Below the pieces are notes generated by a model. It had not been told where the DNA came from, did no database searches, and worked only from the letters and a program-made list of their open reading frames with translations. A DNA stretch of 35,198 bases. Origin: Octopus bimaculoides. Its lineage: Eukaryota. The position numbers and the translations under genes are program-made. The DNA lies in assembly GCF_001194135.2 (NCBI RefSeq), contig NC_068996.1, forward strand, positions 1,558,074 through 1,593,271. Reading direction: 5' to 3'. This document shows positions 1-11,007 of this stretch, piece by piece. How positions within the stretch are numbered: the first letter of the stretch is position 1; every line of letters begins with the position of its first letter.

Positions 1-167
<167 letters not shown>

Positions 168-360
168 CTTCAAAATTTTGGCACAAGACCAGCAATTTCA
201 AGGAGAAGGTATGAATAGATTAAATCACCACAGTTTACGACTAGTACTTATGGTATCGACAACGGAAACAGAAAGAGTAAAGTCGACCTAGGTAGAGTTT
301 GAACTCGGAACGTAAGTAAGCATTTTGTCTGACATGCTAAGTTTTCTACTAGATCACTCC
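168..360 (-). mobile_element. SINE family A (tRNA-type head, Deu/Nin-like central domain, (ATT)n tail), diverged copy
   Basis: Reverse complement aligns by eye to copies at 16182, 17217, 17436 and 29995 (ttagcatg..aaatgctt..acgttccgagttcaaa..ggtcgacttt..gtcgata..aagtactag). Confidence 0.8.
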
Positions 361-1213
361 ATTAATGCAATAATAATAATGATAACAACAAAAACAACAG
401 CAACAAAGAGGACGACGATGATTATGATTGGCTAAAATGTTCAAACAATAATTACGTAATGATTCAACGATTAATTATGGCGAATAATTATTAAATTTAG
501 GCGTGTTTGTCTGGCACATATGTTGTAAGCAGCTTAGATATAAGAAAAATTTCAACTTTAATACCTTCATGCCTATTAGGTATAAAAAGTGTTGAAGCCT
601 CGAATCAGAATAAATTCTTCCACAAGTCAGTATTTACTCATTAAATAAGATATTCAACACAAATATAATATAATTCGAATTTTTCCATAAGTGTTCTTCC
701 TCAACTTCATTCCATGAGCGCTAGTTTATAGCATTTCACATATTTGTACGTGATACGATTCTGCCAAAGTTGCATGGAAAAATGCACTTCTCTACTTGAC
801 TACACGAGAAGCTACAGTTCCTCGTGTAGACAAGTAGTGAACTACAGCTACCGAAACATATTCTGACCACATAAGTGAAACAGAGATTATAAAATGAGGG
901 ACCTTGACATATCTGTCCTTATGATGCATCACAACTTTTTGTAAAGCATCTTATCCCACGAGGCACCGATGCAAGATGGGTCGAATAATAAAGAATCTCA
1001 TGAATTCCATTTTCTCTCTGACCTGTTTTATAAACTCTACGGACATGAATTCCTGAATTAAATCCAGTGCTATTTGCCCCCACACTGTTGATGACATGAG
1101 GTAACCAAATAACCAAACGAGCAGGCTTTTAGCGGCATATTACAAGGTGTTAATGTAAATTGTAAACTATTATATATATTTACATATATGAATACGCGTG
1201 CGCACCGATGGAA

Positions 1214-1395
1214 ACACACACACACACGCATACATACATATATATGCATTCATGTATACACAAGCATATATACATACATACACACATACATACATAAGTA
1301 CTTACGTAGATGCATACATACATACATACATAATACATACATACATACATACATAATACATACATAATACATACATACATACATACATACATACA

Positions 1396-1428
<33 letters not shown>

Positions 1429-1460
1429 GCATACATACATATGTATGGATATATATGTGT
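1214..1460. repeat. (CA)n/(TACA)n microsatellite
   Basis: Direct reading; source of the MYVC/IHTY-type ORFs. Confidence 0.95.
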
Positions 1461-1461
1461 G

Positions 1462-1795
1462 CCTGCTTTCCATTTTTGTTGTCGTTTCTTTTAATGTTGG
1501 CTGATTCTCAACCAATACGACAATGTCATCGGCAAAATCCAAGTGTTTCACTACGCACAGTCAAACATCTTTTTGAAGTCAATGAAGTTCATTATTAGTG
1601 GTCTTAGGTATTCCATGCATTATTCTACGATGCTGGGCAGTGTGAATATTCACTCGCAGGACGATCTGTTGGATTGACATCCGGCTTGTTTTGTCAGCTT
1701 TACATCTAGCACAACCTTCAACCGGAACACTGCTCAGCAACACTGAGCACAGCACTTTTCCCGGCTTTGACAATAGTCTTATTCGCCTCTAAGTA
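1462..1795 (-). mobile_element. RTE-clade LINE reverse transcriptase fragment, inverted relative to its 3' half, with an internal deletion
   Basis: Minus-strand translation gives RG-IRLLSKPGKVLCSVLL, then MNFIDFKKMFDC, then a jump to KHLDFADDIVVLVENQPTL (RT motifs up to the F/YADD box). Confidence 0.85.
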
Positions 1796-1799
1796 GAAA

Positions 1800-2471
1800 C
1801 TGTACCAGTGAAATTTGAACTAGTTGAAGTAGTTACAAGAACCATTTGAAGTAGTTACAAGAACCATTTGAAGTAGTTACAAGTTTCACATATCTGGGAA
1901 GCATAGTGACAAACAACGGAGATGCAGAGACAGATTTAAGCTGCAGAATTGGCAAGGCAACAGCAGTATTTAGAAGATGATAACACTTAGGTATAGCAAT
2001 AGCATGAGTATAGAGCTGAAGATTCCTCTGTACAACACAACAATGCTGTCAATAGCGATCTATGCATGAAACCTGGAAGATGGCAGAAAAAATCGCCCAC
2101 CAATTCGAGATATTTCATCAGTGGTGCCTCAGAAAGGTCTTAAGAATCACTGATCGAGACAGTGAGAAATGAAACTATTCTCGAAACAGAAACAGTAAGG
2201 CTCCTGCATGCAATTGTAACCGAACGACGAATGAGGATGACTGGACGCATACTAAGACTGCCAAGGGAGAGGCTTGCCAAAACAGCCATGGGTTGGATAC
2301 CGCTGGAAGGTAAGAGAAAAAGAATCTGGCCAAGACATGGCATAGTACCTTCAAAGAAGGCCTACGCATACCGAACGTCACCTGATACAAAGCTTACCGG
2401 TTGGCCAGAGACAGATAATTGGTGATCACTGATTGCTCGATGTGCCGGTCAAAGACACCAACGGACCTGAC
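1800..2471 (+). mobile_element. RTE-clade LINE 3' segment (RT domain 7, thumb, C-terminus), pseudogenised
   Basis: EPFEVVTSFTYLGSIVTNNGDAETDLSCRIGKATAVFRR..ETWKMAEK..WCLRKVLRI..VRNETIL..RRMRMTGRILRLPRERLAKTAMGWIPLEGKRK; stops and frameshifts present; ends in a (GAA)n tail. Confidence 0.9.
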
Positions 2472-2556
2472 GAAGAAGAAGAAGAAGAAGAAGAAGAAGA
2501 AGAAGAAGAAGAAGAAGAAGAAGAAGAAGAAGAAGAAGAAGAAGAAGAAGAAGAAG

Positions 2557-2588
<32 letters not shown>

Positions 2589-2589
2589 G

Positions 2590-2621
<32 letters not shown>

Positions 2622-2625
2622 GAAG
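2472..2625 (+). repeat. (GAA)n tail of the RTE element
   Basis: Run starts immediately after the last RTE codons. Confidence 0.9.
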
Positions 2626-3617
2626 GTACATACATACATGCATACATATACAAACATATAAGCATATATAGAGGCATATATGTATGAATGTATGCATGTA
2701 TTTGTTTATATGTCGTGATGAAAACACTATAGTACCGAAGATCTAATTCCTTTTATTAGGAAGTTGCTTCATATGTTTGTATGAGTGTATTGCAGCTTGT
2801 TTGGAATAGTTAATTTTTAAAATCTATCGACAACGTCTGTGGAATATAAATCCTTCATTGTTTCATATTTCGGAAATTTGTGAATCTGTATTTTTTCCCA
2901 ACTGACATCTTTAAAACACAAAAATATATAAATTTCTTGTGATCTATAATAATTTACATAGATACACTAACACGTAAATCTCTAAACGATTAATTTTAAT
3001 TATTAAGCTATAGACACCGGGGAGACGTAGCATCACCCAAAATATTCCAAGAAATCTCTGAAGAAAATAACGAAGTACGCAGTATCTACACAAGAATAGC
3101 TGAAGAAAAAGAATTTTTCCAGCTCTCTGTTACGCAAACAATTAAGAATACAGCGTTCACGATGCAGACTAACATACTGATGTAATTATTAATGTTTTCT
3201 TCAAAAGAAATGTCTTTTCGCTTTTCACACGAGAATTTATATTTGCAATAAAATGGTGAAGCCATTGCTTTTTCTTTAAGAACCACCTGCTATATAACAA
3301 CGTTTGGAAGCTAATTGATACTAAGAAATATATACATAATCTGGCCTAGGTCTATAGATTGTATTGTCATCCAGTTGTCCCACCATACTATGCCCAAAAA
3401 TTTAAGAGAGACCTAGAAAATGTTTCAGTATTAAAATGAAACCGCAAGATCAATTAAAATAGATCTCAAATTAATGCATCAACACTGATTCTAGAGATAA
3501 GTACATAATATAGAAAATGAAATATATCATGGTTTATAGTTATTTCAAGGATGCAAATATATTCATGTGCTTACACATAGCACAAAATAAGTATACAATA
3601 GAATGAAACACAGATCA

Positions 3618-3948
3618 ACAACATTTATTCTAGAAAATTACTATTTTTAAATTTCACAACGTGAGATATTCAGCAACAGTACCTTGTAGTAAAGATTGTT
3701 TGCCAACATAACAGGCAGTCCTGATTTAGGACGAATGTTGCTGTAATTTAACCCCAGAAGACATTGTCTCCGGCTGGCTATACGACATTATCTGTGTCCT
3801 TATACTTTTGAATAAGTATAAGGACACAGACCGTGTCGTATAGCCAGCTGGAGACAATGTCTTCTGGAGTTAAATTACAGCAACATTCGTCCTAAATCAG
3901 GACTGCCTGTTATGTTGGCAAACAATCTTTACTACAACATTTATTCTA
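3618..3948. mobile_element. Fold-back insertion (family F): 254-bp near-perfect palindrome (3684-3937) plus about 50 bp one-sided extension, flanked by a 15-bp direct repeat
   Basis: Arms of about 124 bp with about 5 mismatches; 6-nt loop TTGAAT at 3808-3813; ACAACATTTATTCTA at 3618-3632 and 3934-3948. Confidence 0.85.
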
Positions 3949-4625
3949 TTAAGTCACAATACTGCGCAATGCAGAAGGAAATACAACTGAAGAACTATGG
4001 GCAATCAGCATACCACACATAAAATTAATTACGAATCATACATAAAAATAATCAAATGAACATAAAATTAACTTCAGCTAGGATTATAGAAAAGTGCACC
4101 ACCTTAACTTATAAAAAGATATTGATAAAATCTTTAAAAAATAAATAAAAGTTTCTTATAATAAAAGCATAGCATGTCAATCTGGTAAAAGTTACTGAAG
4201 ATCAATTTGATATCGAAAATCTGTTGCAACAAACGTGAAAGTTGCTCGACTCCAACTGTTATGTTAGCCATGCATGCACGATATTCTCTTGCTAACTCGC
4301 CATTGATATGAAAGTTGAAAATATACACTGCTCCAAGAAGCACAAAAGAAAGCTAGATATAAAATTATTAATGCACGTCGAAATACTATAGAATGTCTAA
4401 GAAAAAACAACTAATGAAAGCAAGACACTTAAGAGAGCTGAATGCTAAAATACACAAACAACATATTGTTACTAGCTGAGACTAGATACTCCAATTCCAG
4501 CATGCGTCTGTATGAGTATATGAGTCAGCCGTAATTTAACACTCCGTTGAATCTTTGTTCTCATTTTCACTGCGAACAGAATTACGACTAAAATATAAAA
4601 TAAGTTAAACTTAAGTTTTTATTTG

Positions 4626-4975
4626 GGCGTAGCGTGGCCAAGTGGTAAGAAGCTTGCTTCCCATCCACATAGTTCTGGGATCAGTCCCACTGCGTGGCAC
4701 CTTGGGCAAGTGTTTTCTACAATAGCTTCGGGCCGACCAAAGCCTTCTGAGATGATTTGATAAACGGAAAGAATCCCGTGGTATTTAAAGGTATATATTT
4801 CTATCTGTGTGTGTATCTGTCCCTCCACCATCACTTGACAACCGATGTTGGTGTATTTATACCTCCATAACAGGTATACAAAGAATAAGTCCTGGGGTCA
4901 ATTTGTTCGACTATAGGCGAAGCTTCCGCATGCCGCACTCAAATTACTTAAACAAGTAAAATAATAAAATAAAAA
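4626..4975 (+). mobile_element. SINE family B (tRNA-type head, CORE-like CCTTGGGCAAGTG motif, internal microsatellite, A-rich tail)
   Basis: Aligns by eye with copies at 8580, 8817, 10592 and 24853. Confidence 0.85.
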
Positions 4976-5698
4976 ATAGGTCTTCCCAAACCCTTAATAA
5001 TTAAACTTTTATAAAAATTGACAACAAATTGCGTACCTAATAGAGTGTGAAACCAACAGAGAAGAGAAAAGTAATGAAAATATTATTATATGTAAAACCA
5101 ATCTGGCCGGTGCTAGGAGGTGCAGGACGCAATTAGAGAATTGTTAGTGGGGCCCTCTACTCAACAAAAGCTAAAGATCGAGATTTTAAGCTTTGTGTAG
5201 TAAGCCAGTCCCTGCCCAAAAAGCGTGAGGCACTTGCGGCTCCTTCATTAGCCACAATGATATAATATAGTAATGATATATTAATAGCTCATCATATCGT
5301 CCTCTCCTTGAGCGTCTGCGCGGGGTCTTCTGTTAGCGCAGTGTCCAGTTCGGATAAATCAGTCTAATTGGCTTAAAACCTGTCTTGAAACCATCATATT
5401 CGCTATTATTGGAAAAGACAAATTTATCATTTAAAATATACAACATATTTATGATATCAACAAATTCGCAATATTTAAGAAAGATAACACCGCATAATTT
5501 AATCGTGATTAATATGTATATGGACGTGAACGTTTAATGTTTGACATGCACATAACTCACTGTTGTTCATGTTGTTAGAGGAGAGGAGTGCGTTTACGTG
5601 CAAGAGAATGTGAGCATATATTTGTATAAAGTTTTATGCATATGTATTTTGTGCATAATGACATATGTGTATGCATATATATGTATGTGTGTCTGTGA

Positions 5699-5706
5699 GA
5701 GAGAGA

Positions 5707-5784
<78 letters not shown>

Positions 5785-5790
5785 ATTATA
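5699..5790. repeat. (GA)n/(TA)n microsatellite
   Basis: Direct reading. Confidence 0.95.
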
Positions 5791-6188
5791 TACCGGCACT
5801 TATGCAGATAAACAAAATAGATATAACAGCTTCGGTGTTCGATAAGCAAAATAAATATATATGTATACACGTATTTAGAAAGAAAGCAAGGGCTTAAGAT
5901 TTTGAAATGATGAATATTTAAGTATAAATGTATACATATTTATATATTTATTGATCAAATCAACTCAAAGGTGTTTTATTTAATTTATTTCTCCGCTTTA
6001 TTTCGTCCATATACGCTCATCTGGATTCTTCTTATAGCCACACTTTACGTCGCATAATTGCTCCAGCGTAAAGTCATCTAGTCTAAATTCGAATATCATT
6101 TCAGCGCTACGAAGTGTTTCCTATACTGAGAATTTCTGGATCTCATCTGTTGACTACATATATATATATATATATATATACATATATA

Positions 6189-6455
6189 CTGGCACTCCGT
6201 CGCATACGACGAGGGAGGTTCCAGAGTTGATCGGATCAACGGAAGAGCTTGCTTGTGAAATTAACATGTAAGCGGCTGAGCACTCCACAGACACGCGTAC
6301 CCCTGCACATACTTCTCAGGGAGATTCAGCGTTACACAGAGTTTGACATGGCTGCCCCTTGAAATACAGGTACTACTCATTTTTACCAGCTGAGTGAACA
6401 GGAGTACTGTGTCATAAAGTGTCTTGCTCAAGGACACAACACGCCACCGGGAATC
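6189..6455 (-). mobile_element. SINE family C, 5'-truncated within the B box
   Basis: Minus strand: GATTCCCGG..GTGTCCTTGAGCAAGACACTT (CORE-like)..CACTCAGCTGGTAAAAATGAGT..GACGGAGTGCCAG, followed by (TA)n. Confidence 0.7.
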
Positions 6456-6890
6456 ATTCATTTACATATGGATGAGAAACAAGAAATGAAGAAAATGAAG
6501 AAAAAAGGAAATATGAAGAAAAGAAAAAGAAGGAAAGGAGAAATTGACATACAGACTTCAGTTTATTCAAAGATATTGAAAACAATATATGAAATTCTTA
6601 TCCCTACAGCCGTTTCCATATCCAATTGATTCAATTAGAGAAATTAAATTAAATCAAAAATTTTCATATTGGTTAACTGGTTAATTGGGTATTTCATCAG
6701 GGGAGAATTTCTAGGAAGGAGTTACATTCCAACGTATTTTTCGACCCTTGATAGACTCAAATGTGTGCGTTTTGGTAAGGTATGCATTAACAAAAAAACA
6801 TCGTAAGTATATACACACATATAAACAAATGTGTGCGTGTGTATTTGTAATCCATAATAGTTGTAGTTAGGGTGAAGTAGATATTATATA

Positions 6891-7314
6891 TATATATAAA
6901 AGAGACCACTAAGTGGACTGCTAATGTGCTAGAAGAAGATCACCGAATAGCTCTCAAAGAAAAAAAATAGCGAAGCAAAAACATACAGGCGAGACTAGTG
7001 AAAATTATAGAAATAAATACAAAGTTATCCGTAGACCAGGTTTCGAAATCAATACTTTCTTACCGAAAATATCTGTTTCTCTTCAGTACGGACTGCCAAA
7101 GAAATATAATTCCCAGAATCATGTACTAGTTGTTCCCAACGAGTAAAGAAAGTATTGATTTCGAAATCTGGTCTACGGATAACTTTGTATTTATTTCTGT
7201 AATTTTCACTAGTCTCGCCCGTATGTGTTTGCTTCGCTAATTTTTTTTCTTTGAGAGCTATTCGGTGATCTTCTACCACATCAGCAGTCCAATTAGTGGT
7301 CTCTTTTATATATA
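6891..7314. mobile_element. Head-to-head inverted insertion (arms 6891-7063 and 7143-7314, 79-bp spacer) carrying a hammerhead; probable Penelope-like/retrozyme terminal repeat
   Basis: Arms of about 173 bp, roughly 93% identical by eye, both ending in (TA)n; hammerhead spans the spacer and left arm. Confidence 0.8.
7027..7093 (-). ncRNA. Type-I hammerhead ribozyme, canonical core, GUC cleavage triplet
   Basis: Minus strand: stem I GTCCGTA (7093-7087)/TACGGAT (7033-7027); core CTGAAGA (7086-7080); stem II GAAA-CA-GATATTTTC-[GGTAA]-GAAAGTATT-GA-TTTC; GAAA (7044-7041); helix III ACCTGGT; C17 at 7034. Confidence 0.85.
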
Positions 7315-7380
7315 CATATATAATAATCCATTTGAGATCTCAGGTAATTTTTTTCTAAATCTCCTGATTCTTTTAATTAT

Positions 7381-7497
7381 ATATATATATATATATATAC
7401 AGAGAGAGAGAGAGAGAGAGGGAGAGATTGAAAGAGAGAAGGAGAGAGAAATAAGTAGAGAGAGAGAGAGAGAGAGAGAGAAACAGAGAGGAAAAGA
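7381..7497. repeat. (TA)n/(GA)n compound microsatellite
   Basis: Direct reading. Confidence 0.9.
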
Positions 7498-7959
7498 GAG
7501 TGGTAAGATTCATCATGCAAATGTGCGTGCTTTTGTTAAAATATGGAAGTCAACAAAACATATGACGTGTCAAAAACTGCTAATTAATTATCATGTTATA
7601 GTATTGCGTCATCCATATGTGTGTGCAATTTATGGTCAATACAACTATGTAAAGAAAGGAAAACTTAAATGCAACCAAATACAATTGATAACATTTTATA
7701 TATAAAAACTAAAATTACTAAAGTTATAAATTAGTTATAGAATCAATGAGTTTTAGATCTATCTTGATTTAATAAATTATATTATAAAATATCAACTACA
7801 TATTCATAAGAAACGTACATAATCGAATTTATAGCAAACCACAATGATATAGTTACGTTTGTAGAAAACTTAATATACATCTTTACCATTTAATTAATAT
7901 TTTATCTCAATATTATGTCTAAGTCTTTTAAATGTTTATATTTAGAGATGCTAGTTTCT

Positions 7960-8273
7960 TTCCTCTTTTCGCCCTTTCAAAGCCTAGCCAGGCACATGGG
8001 CCCGGTTTCCCGGTTTCTATGGCTTATGCCCCCCCCCCACAGCTGGACGGGACACCAGTCCATCGCAGCGTTACTCAAGAGACAGGAAGAAAGAGTGAGA
8101 GAAAGTTGGGGCCAAAGTGTACAACAGGGGTCACCACCACCCCCTGCCGGAGCCTCGTGGAGCTTTAGGCGTTTTCGCTCAATAAACATACACAACGCCT
8201 GGTCTGGAAATCGAAACCACGATCCTCCGACTGCGAGTCCGCTGCCCTAACCACTGGGCCATTGCGCCTCCAC
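7960..8273 (-). mobile_element. SINE family E (tRNA-derived head), apparently full length
   Basis: Minus strand: A box TGGCCCAGTGG, B box GGTTTCGATTTCC, and a 3' GCTGCGATGGACTGGTGTCCCGTCCAG..AGAAACCGG motif seen in several metazoan SINE superfamilies. Confidence 0.8.
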
Positions 8274-8296
8274 ATAGATGCTGGTATGATAAGAAA

Positions 8297-8579
8297 NNNN
8301 NNNNNNNNNNNNNNNNNNNNNNNNNNNNNNNNNNNNNNNNNNNNNNNNNNNNNNNNNNNNNNNNNNNNNNNNNNNNNNNNNNNNNNNNNNNNNNNNNNNN
8401 NNNNNNNNNNNNNNNNNNNNNNNNNNNNNNNNNNNNNNNNNNNNNNNNNNNNNNNNNNNNNNNNNNNNNNNNNNNNNNNNNNNNNNNNNNNNNNNNNNNN
8501 NNNNNNNNNNNNNNNNNNNNNNNNNNNNNNNNNNNNNNNNNNNNNNNNNNNNNNNNNNNNNNNNNNNNNNNNNNNNNNN
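8297..8579. other. Assembly gap (further gaps at 9544-9754, 12741-12950, 14213-14262, 24187-24547)
   Basis: N runs; the last four are bordered by TA-rich microsatellite. Confidence 1.
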
Positions 8580-8743
8580 ACGACGGGGTTCTTTCAGTTT
8601 CCATTTACCCAATCCACTGACAAGACTTTGGTCGGCCCAAGGCCATAGTAGAAGACACTTGCCCAAGGTGCCACACAGTGGGACTGAACCTGGAACCATA
8701 TTGTTGGTAAGCAAGCTACTTACAACACAACCATGCCTGCACC
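8580..8743 (-). mobile_element. SINE family B, 5' half (remainder lost in the gap)
   Basis: Reverse complement matches the head of the 8817 and 24853 copies. Confidence 0.85.
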
Positions 8744-8816
8744 TAATTAATTTCTAATAATAATATATCCGATGGCATACATATACATATATCTATGTGT
8801 GTGGGGGTTGCTGATG

Positions 8817-9214
8817 GTGTGTATGGCTGTGTCGTAAGAAGCTTGCCTCCCAACCACATGGTTTCGGGTTCAATCCCACTGTGTTGCACCTTAGGCAAGT
8901 GTTTTCTACTATAGCCTCGGGCCGACCAAAGCCTTGTGAGTGGATTTAGTAGACGGAAACTGAAAGAAGCCCGTCGTATATATATATGTATGCATATATA
9001 TATATGTATGTATGCATTTGTTATTTGTCTGTGTTTGTCTCTCCACCATCACTTGACAACCGATGTTGGTGTGTTTACATCTCCGTCACTTAGCGGTTCG
9101 GCAAAATAAGTAGTATGCTTACAAAGAATAAGTTCTAGGGTCGATCTGTTCGAATAAAGGCGGTTCTCCAGTATGGCCGCAGTCAAATGACTGAAACAAG
9201 TAAAAGAATAAAAG
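8817..9214 (+). mobile_element. SINE family B, full length
   Basis: ggctgtgtcgtaagaagcttg..ggttcaatcccactg..accttaggcaagtg..gacggaaactgaaagaagcccgtcg-(TA)n-..gtcaaatgactgaaacaagtaaaagaataaaag. Confidence 0.9.
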
Positions 9215-9221
9215 ATTATAC

Positions 9222-10030
<809 letters not shown>

Positions 10031-10591
10031 AGCTAGCTGTTGAAACGACTGTCTAGAGCTACTCTTTGTTCATTTCACCATGCCTACCTGTCAAATTTCA
10101 ACGTCTACAATTAGAGAAAATGTTGTCTCTGCGTACAATATCCAGATATGAAATAGTTCAAAGTGAGATGTACGTAGCATTTGTTTCCATTTTTGATTAA
10201 TATATTGTAGGTACATACAATGTTTGTCCTAAAATAATACATACAGTGTTTGTCTTAAAATAATTCTTAATTCAGTAGAGATTCTATTGTTACAGTTACT
10301 GATTTCTTATTAGTTAAACAATGCTAGCTGGTATTGTATAAGATATGGATACAGTGGCCAAGCCTGTGTGCAGAGAATTTCTTGATTAGTGCCATATTAT
10401 TTACACACAAAAATTCTCATTGTCATTAATTTTATTATAAGCTATAACAGGGTTGCTTTTTTTTTTTTTAACTACGTGAATAATTCCCCATTTGGAATAC
10501 AGTATTGGAATCAGTCGCTCTTATATTACTAAGGTGATTCTTAAAACAATTATCAATATTTCGCTTAGGCATATTATAGTAGTATGCTTAA

Positions 10592-10770
10592 GGAGCAGGC
10601 GTGGCTGTGTGGGAAGAAGCTTGCCTCCTAATCACATGGTTAAGAGCTGTGTGACAGGTAGGGTAAGTGTCTTTTATTATATACCCTCGGACTGGCCAAT
10701 GCCTTCTGAGTGGATTTGGTGGATGGAAAGAAGCCTGAAAGAAGCCCATCGTATGTGTGCGTGTGTGTGT
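10592..10770 (+). mobile_element. SINE family B, 5' half, diverged
   Basis: ggagcaggcgtggctgtgtgggaagaagcttg..gagtggatttggtggatggaaa..gaaagaagcccatcgtatgtg. Confidence 0.8.
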
Positions 10771-10776
10771 TAGCAT

Positions 10777-11007
10777 CAGGAAGATATATCCTCCAGCTGG
10801 CTAACGAAACACAGTCTGTGTCCGATTAGTATTTGCAAGGGGAGGTCATGGCTCTCATCTCTAGCCTTACGTGATACACACAGAGTCGAGTTTCGGGGTG
10901 ATTACCCATCCTAGCTAGTGATGAAAGGTTATTCCACTAGGAAATTACTAGGGGCTATAAACAACAGTAGCACTGTCCTATATAGGACGCCACACTTAGT
11001 TGGCAAA
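10777..11007. mobile_element. Second copy of family F with an internal inversion
   Basis: 10777-10823 matches the inner half of the 3684 arm in the same orientation; 10948-11007 matches the outer half in reverse orientation (roughly 65-70% identity by eye). Confidence 0.65.

Noticed and set aside
860-1150. Faint RT-like words (RIIKNL on plus; FIKQVREK on minus)
   Set aside because: No coherent motif order in any frame; cannot be supported without a profile search.
2464-2480. CTGACGA hammerhead-core-like string
   Set aside because: It is the RTE stop codon running into the (GAA)n tail; no stem II or stem I.
3635-3745. Hammerhead-like strings in family F (minus: ACTGTTG-CTGAATA..GAAA..AATAGT at 3680-3638; plus: GTCC-TGATTTA-GGAC-GAAT at 3718-3736)
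   Set aside because: The first lacks G8 and a credible stem II; the second lacks the CUGANGA core. They could be decayed remnants but are not supportable from one copy.
5105-5390. GC-richer block with GGCCGG..GGGGCCC resembling a MITE
   Set aside because: The terminal inverted repeats do not match well enough and there is no second copy or TSD in the window.
7250-7290. Minus-strand CTGATGT-GGT..ACC-GAAT string in the inverted arm
   Set aside because: Two core mismatches and no stem I. The convincing hammerhead of this element is at 7027-7093.
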